Part shown: positions 1 through 11,531 of the stretch, in pieces | Numbering within the stretch: position 1 is the stretch's first letter | Layout of the letters: every line of letters starts with the position of its first letter | DNA from: the human T2T-CHM13v2.0 reference genome, Homo sapiens | Assembly: GCF_009914755.1 (NCBI RefSeq) | Contig: NC_060944.1 | Length of the DNA stretch: 64,000 nucleotides | Direction: 5' to 3' (one strand) | The notes under the pieces: generated by a model | What the model was told of the DNA's origin: nothing | The model's input: only the letters and a program-made list of their open reading frames with translations | Databases searched by the model: none | Position numbers and translations under genes: made by a program

Positions 1-439
1 CCCCTCTACTGACAGAGTTGAACCTTTCTTTGCAAAGAGCAGCTTTGAAACACTCTTTTTGTAGAATCTGCAAGAGGATATTTGGATAGCTTGGAGGATT
101 TCGTTGGAAACGGGTATGTCTTCAGATAAACTCTAGACAGAAGCATTCTCAGAAACTTCTTTGGGATGTTGCATTCAAGTCACAGAGTAGAACATTCCCA
201 TTCATAGAGCAGATTTGAAACACTCTTTTTGTAGTATCTGGAAGTGGACATTTGGAGCGCTTTCAGGCCTATGTTGAAAAAGGAAATATCTTCCCATAAA
301 AACTAGACGGAAGCATTCTCAGAAACTTATTTGTGATGTGTTTGCTCAACTAACAGGATTGAACCATCGTTTTGAAGGAGCAGTTTTGAAACACTGTTTT
401 CGTGGAATCTGCAAGTGGATATTTGGCTAGCTTTGAGGA

Positions 440-456
440 TTTCGTTGGAAACGGGA
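440..456 (+). other. CENP-B box, intact (representative; 7 per HOR at 440, 778, 1120, 1458, 1796, 2138, 2818 and equivalent positions)
   Basis: TTTCGTTGGAAACGGGA matches the 17-bp CENP-B box, including the essential core nTTCGnnnnAnnCGGGn. Confidence 0.95.
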
Positions 457-777
457 TTACATATAAAAAGGAGACAGCAGCATTCTCAGAAACTTCTTTG
501 TGATGTCTGCATTCAATTCACAGAGTTGAGCATTCCCTTTCATAGAGCAGGTTGGAAACACTCTTTTTGTAGTATCTGGATGAGGACATTTGGAGCGCTT
601 TCAGGCGTATGGTGAAAAAGGAAATATCTTCCCGTAAAAACTAGACAGAAGCATTCTCAGAAGTTTATTTGTGATGTGTGCCCTCAACTAACAGAGTTGA
701 ACCTTTCTTTTGATAGAGCAGTTTTGAAACACTCTTTTTGTAAAATCTGCAAGAGGATATTTGGATAGCTTTGAGGA

Positions 778-794
778 TTTCGTTGCAAACGGGA
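778..794 (+). other. CENP-B box variant with intact core
   Basis: TTTCGTTGCAAACGGGA has G>C at position 9, outside the 9 essential bases. It is present in every HOR copy and reads TTGTAAAC in the last copy (63656..63672). Confidence 0.85.
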
Positions 795-1624
795 ATGCCT
801 TCATATAAACTCTAGACAGAAGCATTCTCAGAAACTTCGTTGGGATGTTTCGATTGAAGTCCCAGTGTTGAACATTCCCTTTTATAGAGCAGGTTGGAAA
901 CACTCTTTCTGCATTCCCTGGAAGTGGACATTTGGAGCGCTTTCAGGACGACGGTGAAAATGGAAATATCTTCCAAGAAAATCTAGATAGAAGCAACGTC
1001 AGAAACTTTTATGTGATGGATCTACTCAGCTAACAGAGTTGAACCTTTCTTTTGAGAGAGCAGTTTTGCAACACTCTTTTTGTGGAATATGCAAGTGGAT
1101 ATTAGGGCAGCTTTGAGGATTTCGTTGGAAACGGGAATACATGTAAAAAGCAGACAGCAGCATTCTCAGAAACTTCTTTGTGATGTTTGCATTGAAGTCA
1201 CAGAGTTGAACATTCCCTTTGAGAGAGCAGGTTTGAAACACGCCTTTTGTCATATCTGGAAGTGTCCATTCGGAGCGCATTCAGGCTTGTGTTGAAAAAG
1301 GAAATATCCTCCCATAAAAACTAGACAGAAGCATTCTCAGAAACTTATCTGTGATGTATGTACTCAACTAACAGAACTAAACCATCGTTTTGAAGGAGCA
1401 GTTTTGAAACACTCTTTTTGCGGAATCTGCAAGTGGATATTTGGCTAGCTGGGAGGATTTCGTTGGAAACGGGAGTACATACAAAAAGCAGACAGCAGCA
1501 TTCTCAGAAACTTCTTTGTGATGTTTGCATTCAAGTCACAGAGTTGAACATTCCCTTTCATAGAGCAGGTTTGAAACACTCTTTTTGTAGTATCTGGATG
1601 TGGACATTTGGATCGCTTTCAGGC

Positions 1625-1641
1625 CTATGGTGAAAAAGGAA
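1625..1641 (+). other. pJalpha (A-box) motif of A-type monomers (representative)
   Basis: CTATGGTGAAAAAGGAA lies 171 bp upstream of the CENP-B box at 1796, at the homologous monomer position. Variants of it occur in every alternate monomer. Confidence 0.85.
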
Positions 1642-2475
1642 ATATCTTCCCATGAAAACTAGACAGAAGCATTCTCAGAAACTTATTTGTGATGTGTGCC
1701 CTCAACTGACAGTGTTGAACCTTTGTTTTGATAGAGCAGTTCTGAAACACACTTTTTGTAAAATCTGCAAGAGGATATTTGGATAGCTTTGAGGATTTCG
1801 TTGGAAACGGGAATGTCTTCATGTAAACTCTGGACAGAAGCATTCTCAGAAACTGCTTTGGGATGTTTCAATTGAAGTCCCAGTGTTGAACATTCCCTTT
1901 CATAGAGCAGGTTTGAAACACTCTTTTTGTACTATCTGGAAGTGGACATTTGGAGCGCTTTCAGGTCTACGGTGAAAAAGGAGATATCTTCCAATAAAAA
2001 CTAGATAGAAGCAATGTCAGAACTTTTTTCATGATGTATCTACTCAGCAAACAGAGTTGAACCTTTCTTTTGAGAGAGCAGTTTTGAAACACTCTTTTTG
2101 TGGAATATGCAAGTGGGTATTAGGCCAGCTTGGAGGATTTCGTTGGAAACGGGAATACGTATAAAAAGCAGACAGCAGCATTGTCAGAAACTACTTTGTG
2201 ATGTTTGCATTCAAGTCACAGAATTGAACACTCCCTTTCACAGAGCAGGTTTGAAACACTCTTTTTGTAGTGTCTGTAAGTGAACATTTGGATTGCTTTC
2301 AGGCCTAAGGTGAAAAAGGAAATATCTTCCCATAAAAACTAGATAGAAGCATTCTCAGAAACTTGTTTGTGATGTGTGCCCTCTACTGACAGAGTTGAAC
2401 CTTTCTTTGCAAAGAGCAGTTTTGAAACACTCTTTTTGTAGAATCTGCAAGAGGATATTTGGATAGCTTTGAGGA

Positions 2476-2492
2476 TTTCTTGGGAAACGGGA
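2476..2492 (+). other. Degenerate (predicted non-binding) CENP-B box, fixed in the canonical HOR
   Basis: TTTCTTGGGAAACGGGA: the essential TTCG is changed to TTCT, removing the first CpG. It occurs once per 16-mer, twice per 18-mer and not at all in the 14-mers. Confidence 0.9.
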
Positions 2493-2817
2493 ATGTCTTC
2501 AGATAAGCTCTAGACAGAAGCATTCTCAGAAACTTCTTTGGGATGTTTCAATTGAAGTCACAGTGTTGAACATTCCCTTTCACAGAGCAGGTTTGAAACA
2601 CTCTTTTTGTAGTGTCTATAAGTGAACATTTGGCGTGCTTTCAGGCCTAACGTGAAAAAGGAAATATCTTCCCATAAAAACTAGACAGAAGCATTCTCAG
2701 AAACTTGTTCTTGATGTGTCCCCTCTACTGACAGAGTTGAACCTTTCTTTGCAAAGAGCAGCTTTGAAACACTCTTTTTGTAGAATCTGCAAGAGGATAT
2801 TTGGATAGCTTGGAGGA

Positions 2818-2834
2818 TTTCGTTGGAAACGGGT
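2818..2834 (+). other. CENP-B box variant with intact core
   Basis: TTTCGTTGGAAACGGGT differs only at non-essential position 17. The same variant is at 99..115. Confidence 0.88.
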
Positions 2835-3032
2835 ATGTCTTCAGATAAACTCTAGACAGAAGCATTCTCAGAAACTTCTTTGGGATGTTGCATTCAAGTC
2901 ACAGAGTAGAACATTCCCATTCATAGAGCAGATTTGAAACACTCTTTTTGTAGTATCTGGAAGTGGACATTTGGAGCGCTTTCAGGCCTATGTTGAAAAA
3001 GGAAATATCTTCCCATAAAAACTAGACGGAAG

Positions 3033-6000
3033 CATTCTCAGAAACTTATTTGTGATGTGTTTGCTCAACTAACAGGATTGAACCATCGTTTTGAAGGAGC
3101 AGTTTTGAAACACTGTTTTCGTGGAATCTGCAAGTGGATATTTGGCTAGCTTTGAGGATTTCGTTGGAAACGGGATTACATATAAAAAGGAGACAGCAGC
3201 ATTCTCAGAAACTTCTTTGTGATGTCTGCATTCAATTCACAGAGTTGAGCATTCCCTTTCATAGAGCAGGTTGGAAACACTCTTTTTGTAGTATCTGGAT
3301 GAGGACATTTGGAGCGCTTTCAGGCGTATGGTGAAAAAGGAAATATCTTCCCGTAAAAACTAGACAGAAGCATTCTCAGAAGTTTATTTGTGATGTGTGC
3401 CCTCAACTAACAGAGTTGAACCTTTCTTTTGATAGAGCAGTTTTGAAACACTCTTTTTGTAAAATCTGCAAGAGGATATTTGGATAGCTTTGAGGATTTC
3501 GTTGCAAACGGGAATGGCTTCATATAAACTCTAGACAGAAGCATTCTCAGAAACTTCGTTGGGATGTTTCGATTGAAGTCCCAGTGTTGAACATTCCCTT
3601 TTATAGAGCAGGTTGGAAACACTCTTTCTGCATTCCCTGGAAGTGGACATTTGGAGCGCTTTCAGGACGACGGTGAAAATGGAAATATCTTCCAAGAAAA
3701 TCTAGATAGAAGCAACGTCAGAAACTTTTATGTGATGGATCTACTCAGCTAACAGAGTTGAACCTTTCTTTTGAGAGAGCAGTTTTGCAACACTCTTTTT
3801 GTGGAATATGCAAGTGGATATTAGGGCAGCTTTGAGGATTTCGTTGGAAACGGGAATACATGTAAAAAGCAGACAGCAGCATTCTCAGAAACTTCTTTGT
3901 GATGTTTGCATTGAAGTCACAGAGTTGAACATTCCCTTTGAGAGAGCAGGTTTGAAACACGCCTTTTGTCATATCTGGAAGTGTCCATTCGGAGCGCATT
4001 CAGGCTTGTGTTGAAAAAGGAAATATCCTCCCATAAAAACTAGACAGAAGCATTCTCAGAAACTTATCTGTGATGTATGTACTCAACTAACAGAACTAAA
4101 CCATCGTTTTGAAGGAGCAGTTTTGAAACACTCTTTTTGCGGAATCTGCAAGTGGATATTTGGCTAGCTGGGAGGATTTCGTTGGAAACGGGAGTACATA
4201 CAAAAAGCAGACAGCAGCATTCTCAGAAACTTCTTTGTGATGTTTGCATTCAAGTCACAGAGTTGAACATTCCCTTTCATAGAGCAGGTTTGAAACACTC
4301 TTTTTGTAGTATCTGGATGTGGACATTTGGATCGCTTTCAGGCCTATGGTGAAAAAGGAAATATCTTCCCATGAAAACTAGACAGAAGCATTCTCAGAAA
4401 CTTATTTGTGATGTGTGCCCTCAACTGACAGTGTTGAACCTTTGTTTTGATAGAGCAGTTCTGAAACACACTTTTTGTAAAATCTGCAAGAGGATATTTG
4501 GATAGCTTTGAGGATTTCGTTGGAAACGGGAATGTCTTCATGTAAACTCTAGACAGAAGCATTCTCAGAAACTGCTTTGGGATGTTTCAATTGAAGTCCC
4601 AGTGTTGAACATTCCCTTTCATAGAGCAGGTTTGAAACACTCTTTTTGTACTATCTGGAAGTGGACATTTGGAGCGCTTTCAGGTCTACGGTGAAAAAGG
4701 AGATATCTTCCAATAAAAACTAGATAGAAGCAATGTCAGAACTTTTTTCATGATGTATCTACTCAGCAAACAGAGTTGAACCTTTCTTTTGAGAGAGCAG
4801 TTTTGAAACACTCTTTCTGTGGAATATGCAAGTGGGTATTAGGCCAGCTTGGAGGATTTCGTTGGAAACGGGAATACGTATAAAAAGCAGACAGCAGCAT
4901 TGTCAGAAACTACTTTGTGATGTTTGCATTCAAGTCACAGAATTGAACACTCCCTTTCACAGAGCAGGTTTGAAACACTCTTTTTGTAGTGTCTGTAAGT
5001 GAACATTTGGATTGCTTTCAGGCCTAAGGTGAAAAAGGAAATATCTTCCCATAAAAACTAGACAGAAGCATTCTCAGAAACTTGTTTGTGATGTGTGCCC
5101 TCTACTGACAGAGTTGAAACTTTCTTTGCAAAGAGCAGTTTTGAAACACTCTTTTTGTAGAATCTGCAAGAGGATATTTGGATAGCTTTGAGGATTTCTT
5201 GGGAAACGGGAATGTCTTCAGATAAACTCTAGACAGAAGCATTCTCAGAAACTTCTTTGGGATGTTTCAATTGAAGTCACAGTGTTGTACATTCCCTTTC
5301 ACAGAGCAGGTTTGAAACACTCTTTTTGTAGTGTCTATAAGTGAACATTTGGCGTGCTTTCAGGCCTAACGTGAAAAAGGAAATATCTTCCCATAAAAAC
5401 TAGACAGAAGCATTCTCAGAAACTTGTTCTTGATGTGTGCCCTCTACTGACAGAGTTGAACCTTTCTTTGCAAAGAGCAGTTTTGAAACAATCTTTTTGT
5501 AGAATCTGCAAGAGGATATTTGGATAGCTTTGAGGATTTCTTGGGAAACGGGAATGTCTTCAGATAAACTCTAGACAGAAGCATTCTCAGAAACTTCTTT
5601 GGGATGTTTCAATTGAAGTCACAGTGTTGAACATTCCCTTTCACAGAGCAGGTTTGAAACACTCTTTTTGTAGTGTCTATAAGTGAACATTTGGCGTGCT
5701 TTCAGGCCTAACGTGAAAAAGGAAATATCTTCCCATAAAAACTAGACAGAAGCATTCTCAGAAACTTGTTCTTGATGTGTCCCCTCTACTGACAGAGTTG
5801 AACCTTTCTTTGCAAAGAGCAGCTTTGAAACACTCTTTTTGTAGAATCTGCAAGAGGATATTTGGATAGCTTGGAGGATTTCGTTGGAAACGGGTATGTC
5901 TTCAGATAAACTCTAGACAGAAGCATTCTCAGAAACTTCTTTGGGATGTTGCATTCAAGTCACAGAGTAGAACATTCCCATTCATAGAGCAGATTTGAAA

Positions 6001-6093
6001 CACTCTTTTTGTAGTATCTGGAAGTGGACATTTGGAGCGCTTTCAGGCCTATGTTGAAAAAGGAAATATCTTCCCATAAAAACTAGACGGAAG
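3033..6093 (+). repeat. 18-monomer HOR variant (3,061 bp), copy 1
   Basis: Marker spacing 3134 to 6195 = 2,719+342. Two consecutive dead boxes at 5195 and 5537. Private SNVs GTTGTAC (5288) and AAACAATC (5491). Confidence 0.95.
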
Positions 6094-9000
6094 CATTCTC
6101 AGAAACTTATTTGTGATGTGTTTGCTCAACTAACAGGATTGAACCATCGTTTTGAAGGAGCAGTTTTGAAACACTGTTTTCGTGGAATCTGCAAGTGGAT
6201 ATTTGGCTAGCTTTGAGGATTTCGTTGGAAACGGGATTACGTATAAAAAGGAGACAGCAGCATTCTCAGAAACTTCTTTGTGATGTCTGCATTCAATTCA
6301 CAGAGTTGAGCATTCCCTTTCATAGAGCAGGTTGGAAACACTCTTTTTGTAGTATCTGGATGAGGACATTTGGAGCGCTTTCAGGCGTATGGTGAAAAAG
6401 GAAATATCTTCCCGTAAAAACTAGACAGAAGCATTCTCAGAAGTTTATTTGTGATGTGTGCCCTCAACTAACAGAGTTGAACCTTTCTTTTGATAGAGCA
6501 GTTTTGAAACACTCTTTTTGTAAAATCTGCAAGAGGATATTTGGATAGCTTTGAGGATTTCGTTGCAAACGGGAATGGCTTCATATAAACTCTAGACAGA
6601 AGCATTCTCAGAAACTTCGTTGGGATGTTTCGATTGAAGTCCCAGTGTTGAACATTCCCTTTTATAGAGCAGGTTGGAAACACTCTTTCTGCATTCCCTG
6701 GAAGTGGACATTTGGAGCGCTTTCAGGACGACGGTGAAAATGGAAATATCTTCCAAGAAAATCTAGATAGAAGCAACGTCAGAAACTTTTATGTGATGGA
6801 TCTACTCAGCTAACAGAGTTGAACCTTTCTTTTGAGAGAGCAGTTTTGCAACACTCTTTTTGTGGAATATGCAAGTGGATATTAGGGCAGCTTTGAGGAT
6901 TTCGTTGGAAACGGGAATACATGTAAAAAGCAGACAGCAGCATTCTCAGAAACTTCTTTGTGATGTTTGCATTGAAGTCACAGAGTTGAACATTCCCTTT
7001 GAGAGAGCAGGTTTGAAACACGCCTTTTGTCATATCTGGAAGTGTCCATTCGGAGCGCATTCAGGCTTGTGTTGAAAAAGGAAATATCCTCCCATAAAAA
7101 CTAGACAGAAGCATTCTCAGAAACTTATCTGTGATGTATGTACTCAACTAACAGAACTAAACCATCGTTTTGAAGGAGCAGTTTTGAAACACTCTTTTTG
7201 CGGAATCTGCAAGTGGATATTTGGCTAGCTGGGAGGATTTCGTTGGAAACGGGAGTACATACAAAAAGCAGACAGCAGCATTCTCAGAAACTTCTTTGTG
7301 ATGTTTGCATTCAAGTCACAGAGTTGAACATTCCCTTTCATAGAGCAGGTTTGAAACACTCTTTTTGTAGTATCTGGATGTGGACATTTGGATCGCTTTC
7401 AGGCCTATGGTGAAAAAGGAAATATCTTCCCATGAAAACTAGACAGAAGCATTCTCAGAAACTTATTTGTGATGTGTGCCCTCAACTGACAGTGTTGAAC
7501 CTTTGTTTTGATAGAGCAGTTCTGAAACACACTTTTTGTAAAATCTGCAAGAGGATATTTGGATAGCTTTGAGGATTTCGTTGGAAACGGGAATGTCTTC
7601 ATGTAAACTCTAGACAGAAGCATTCTCAGAAACTGCTTTGGGATGTTTCAATTGAAGTCCCAGTGTTGAACATTCCCTTTCATAGAGCAGGTTTGAAACA
7701 CTCTTTTTGTACTATCTGGAAGTGGACATTTGGAGCGCTTTCAGGTCTACGGTGAAAAAGGAGATATCTTCCAATAAAAACTAGATAGAAGCAATGTCAG
7801 AACTTTTTTCATGATGTATCTACTCAGCAAACAGAGTTGAACCTTTCTTTTGAGAGAGCAGTTTTGAAACACTCTTTCTGTGGAATATGCAAGTGGGTAT
7901 TAGGCCAGCTTGGAGGATTTCGTTGGAAACGGGAATACGTATAAAAAGCAGACAGCAGCATTGTCAGAAACTACTTTGTGATGTTTGCATTCAAGTCACA
8001 GAATTGAACACTCCCTTTCACAGAGCAGGTTTGAAACACTCTTTTTGTAGTGTCTGTAAGTGAACATTTGGATTGCTTTCAGGCCTAAGGTGAAAAAGGA
8101 AATATCTTCCCATAAAAACTAGACAGAAGCATTCTCAGAAACTTGTTTGTGATGTGTGCCCTCTACTGACAGAGTTGAAACTTTCTTTGCAAAGAGCAGT
8201 TTTGAAACACTCTTTTTGTAGAATCTGCAAGAGGATATTTGGATAGCTTTGAGGATTTCTTGGGAAACGGGAATGTCTTCAGATAAACTCTAGACAGAAG
8301 CATTCTCAGAAACTTCTTTGGGATGTTTCAATTGAAGTCACAGTGTTGAACATTCCCTTTCACAGAGCAGGTTTGAAACACTCTTTTTGTAGTGTCTATA
8401 AGTGAACATTTGGCGTGCTTTCAGGCCTAACGTGAAAAAGGAAATATCTTCCCATAAAAACTAGACAGAAGCATTCTCAGAAACTTGTTCTTGATGTGTC
8501 CCCTCTACTGACAGAGTTGAACCTTTCTTTGCAAAGAGCAGCTTTGAAACACTCTTTTTGTAGAATCTGCAAGAGGATATTTGGATAGCTTGGAGGATTT
8601 CGTTGGAAACGGGTATGTCTTCAGATAAACTCTAGACAGAAGCATTCTCAGAAACTTCTTTGGGATGTTGCATTCAAGTCACAGAGTAGAACATTCCCAT
8701 TCATAGAGCAGATTTGAAACACTCTTTTTGTAGTATCTGGAAGTGGACATTTGGAGCGCTTTCAGGCCTATGTTGAAAAAGGAAATATCTTCCCATAAAA
8801 ACTAGACGGAAGCATTCTCAGAAACTTATTTGTGATGTGTTTGCTCAACTAACAGGATTGAACCATCGTTTTGAAGGAGCAGTTTTGAAACACTGTTTTC
8901 GTGGAATCTGCAAGTGGATATTTGGCTAGCTTTGAGGATTTCGTTGGAAACGGGATTACGTATAAAAAGGAGACAGCAGCATTCTCAGAAACTTCTTTGT

Positions 9001-11531
9001 GATGTCTGCATTCAATTCACAGAGTTGAGCATTCCCTTTCATAGAGCAGGTTGGAAACACTCTTTTTGTAGTATCTGGATGAGGACATTTGGAGCGCTTT
9101 CAGGCGTATGGTGAAAAAGGAAATATCTTCCCGTAAAAACTAGACAGAAGCATTCTCAGAAGTTTATTTGTGATGTGTGCCCTCAACTAACAGAGTTGAA
9201 CCTTTCTTTTGATAGAGCAGTTTTGAAACACTCTTTTTGTAAAATCTGCAAGAGGATATTTGGATAGCTTTGAGGATTTCGTTGCAAACGGGAATGCCTT
9301 CATATAAACTCTAGACAGAAGCATTCTCAGAAACTTCGTTGGGATGTTTCGATTGAAGTCCCAGTGTTGAACATTCCCTTTTATAGAGCAGGTTGGAAAC
9401 ACTCTTTCTGCATTCCCTGGAAGTGGACATTTGGAGCGCTTTCAGGACGACGGTGAAAATGGAAATATCTTCCAAGAAAATCTAGATAGAAGCAACGTCA
9501 GAAACTTTTATGTGATGGATCTACTCAGCTAACAGAGTTGAACCTTTCTTTTGAGAGAGCAGTTTTGCAACACTCTTTTTGTGGAATATGCAAGTGGATA
9601 TTAGGGCAGCTTTGAGGATTTCGTTGGAAACGGGAATACATGTAAAAAGCAGACAGCAGCATTCTCAGAAACTTCTTTGTGATGTTTGCATTGAAGTCAC
9701 AGAGTTGAACATTCCCTTTGAGAGAGCAGGTTTGAAACACGCCTTTTGTCATATCTGGAAGTGTCCATTCGGAGCGCATTCAGGCTTGTGTTGAAAAAGG
9801 AAATATCCTCCCATAAAAACTAGACAGAAGCATTCTCAGAAACTTATCTGTGATGTATGTACTCAACTAACAGAACTAAACCATCGTTTTGAAGGAGCAG
9901 TTTTGAAACACTCTTTTTGCGGAATCTGCAAGTGGATATTTGGCTAGCTGGGAGGATTTCGTTGGAAACGGGAGTACATACAAAAAGCAGACAGCAGCAT
10001 TCTCAGAAACTTCTTTGTGATGTTTGCATTCAAGTCACAGAGTTGAACATTCCCTTTCATAGAGCAGGTTTGAAACACTCTTTTTGTAGTATCTGGATGT
10101 GGACATTTGGATCGCTTTCAGGCCTATGGTGAAAAAGGAAATATCTTCCCATGAAAACTAGACAGAAGCATTCTCAGAAACTTATTTGTGATGTGTGCCC
10201 TCAACTGACAGTGTTGAACCTTTGTTTTGATAGAGCAGTTCTGAAACACACTTTTTGTAAAATCTGCAAGAGGATATTTGGATAGCTTTGAGGATTTCGT
10301 TGGAAACGGGAATGTCTTCATGTAAACTCTGGACAGAAGCATTCTCAGAAACTGCTTTGGGATGTTTCAATTGAAGTCCCAGTGTTGAACATTCCCTTTC
10401 ATAGAGCAGGTTTGAAACACTCTTTTTGTACTATCTGGAAGTGGACATTTGGAGCGCTTTCAGGTCTACGGTGAAAAAGGAGATATCTTCCAATAAAAAC
10501 TAGATAGAAGCAATGTCAGAACTTTTTTCATGATGTATCTACTCAGCAAACAGAGTTGAACCTTTCTTTTGAGAGAGCAGTTTTGAAACACTCTTTTTGT
10601 GGAATATGCAAGTGGGTATTAGGCCAGCTTGGAGGATTTCGTTGGAAACGGGAATACGTATAAAAAGCAGACAGCAGCATTGTCAGAAACTACTTTGTGA
10701 TGTTTGCATTCAAGTCACAGAATTGAACACTCCCTTTCACAGAGCAGGTTTGAAACACTCTTTTTGTAGTGTCTGTAAGTGAACATTTGGATTGCTTTCA
10801 GGCCTAAGGTGAAAAAGGAAATATCTTCCCATAAAAACTAGATAGAAGCATTCTCAGAAACTTGTTTGTGATGTGTGCCCTCTACTGACAGAGTTGAACC
10901 TTTCTTTGCAAAGAGCAGTTTTGAAACACTCTTTTTGTAGAATCTGCAAGAGGATATTTGGATAGCTTTGAGGATTTCTTGGGAAACGGGAATGTCTTCA
11001 GATAAGCTCTAGACAGAAGCATTCTCAGAAACTTCTTTGGGATGTTTCAATTGAAGTCACAGTGTTGAACATTCCCTTTCACAGAGCAGGTTTGAAACAC
11101 TCTTTTTGTAGTGTCTATAAGTGAACATTTGGCGTGCTTTCAGGCCTAACGTGAAAAAGGAAATATCTTCCCATAAAAACTAGACAGAAGCATTCTCAGA
11201 AACTTGTTCTTGATGTGTCCCCTCTACTGACAGAGTTGAACCTTTCTTTGCAAAGAGCAGCTTTGAAACACTCTTTTTGTAGAATCTGCAAGAGGATATT
11301 TGGATAGCTTGGAGGATTTCGTTGGAAACGGGTATGTCTTCAGATAAACTCTAGACAGAAGCATTCTCAGAAACTTCTTTGGGATGTTGCATTCAAGTCA
11401 CAGAGTAGAACATTCCCATTCATAGAGCAGATTTGAAACACTCTTTTTGTAGTATCTGGAAGTGGACATTTGGAGCGCTTTCAGGCCTATGTTGAAAAAG
11501 GAAATATCTTCCCATAAAAACTAGACGGAAG

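Larger units (their letters stand above)
314..3032 (+). repeat. Canonical 16-monomer HOR unit (reference copy, U1)
   Basis: Eight B-type box positions at 440, 778, 1120, 1458, 1796, 2138, 2476 and 2818, with the next unit's first box at 3159. Spacings 338+342+338+338+342+338+342+341 = 2,719. Unit starts: 314, 3033, 6094, 8813, 11532, 14593, 17654, 20373, 23092, 25811, 28530, 31249, 33968, 36687, 39406, 42125, 44844, 47562, 50281, 53000, 55377, 58096, 60473, 63192. Confidence 0.95.

Noticed and set aside
314-3032. Assignment to chr17 D17Z1 (also a ~2.7-kb 16-mer)
   Set aside because: D17Z1 is pentameric SF3. This unit is strictly A/B dimeric with SF2-type signatures.
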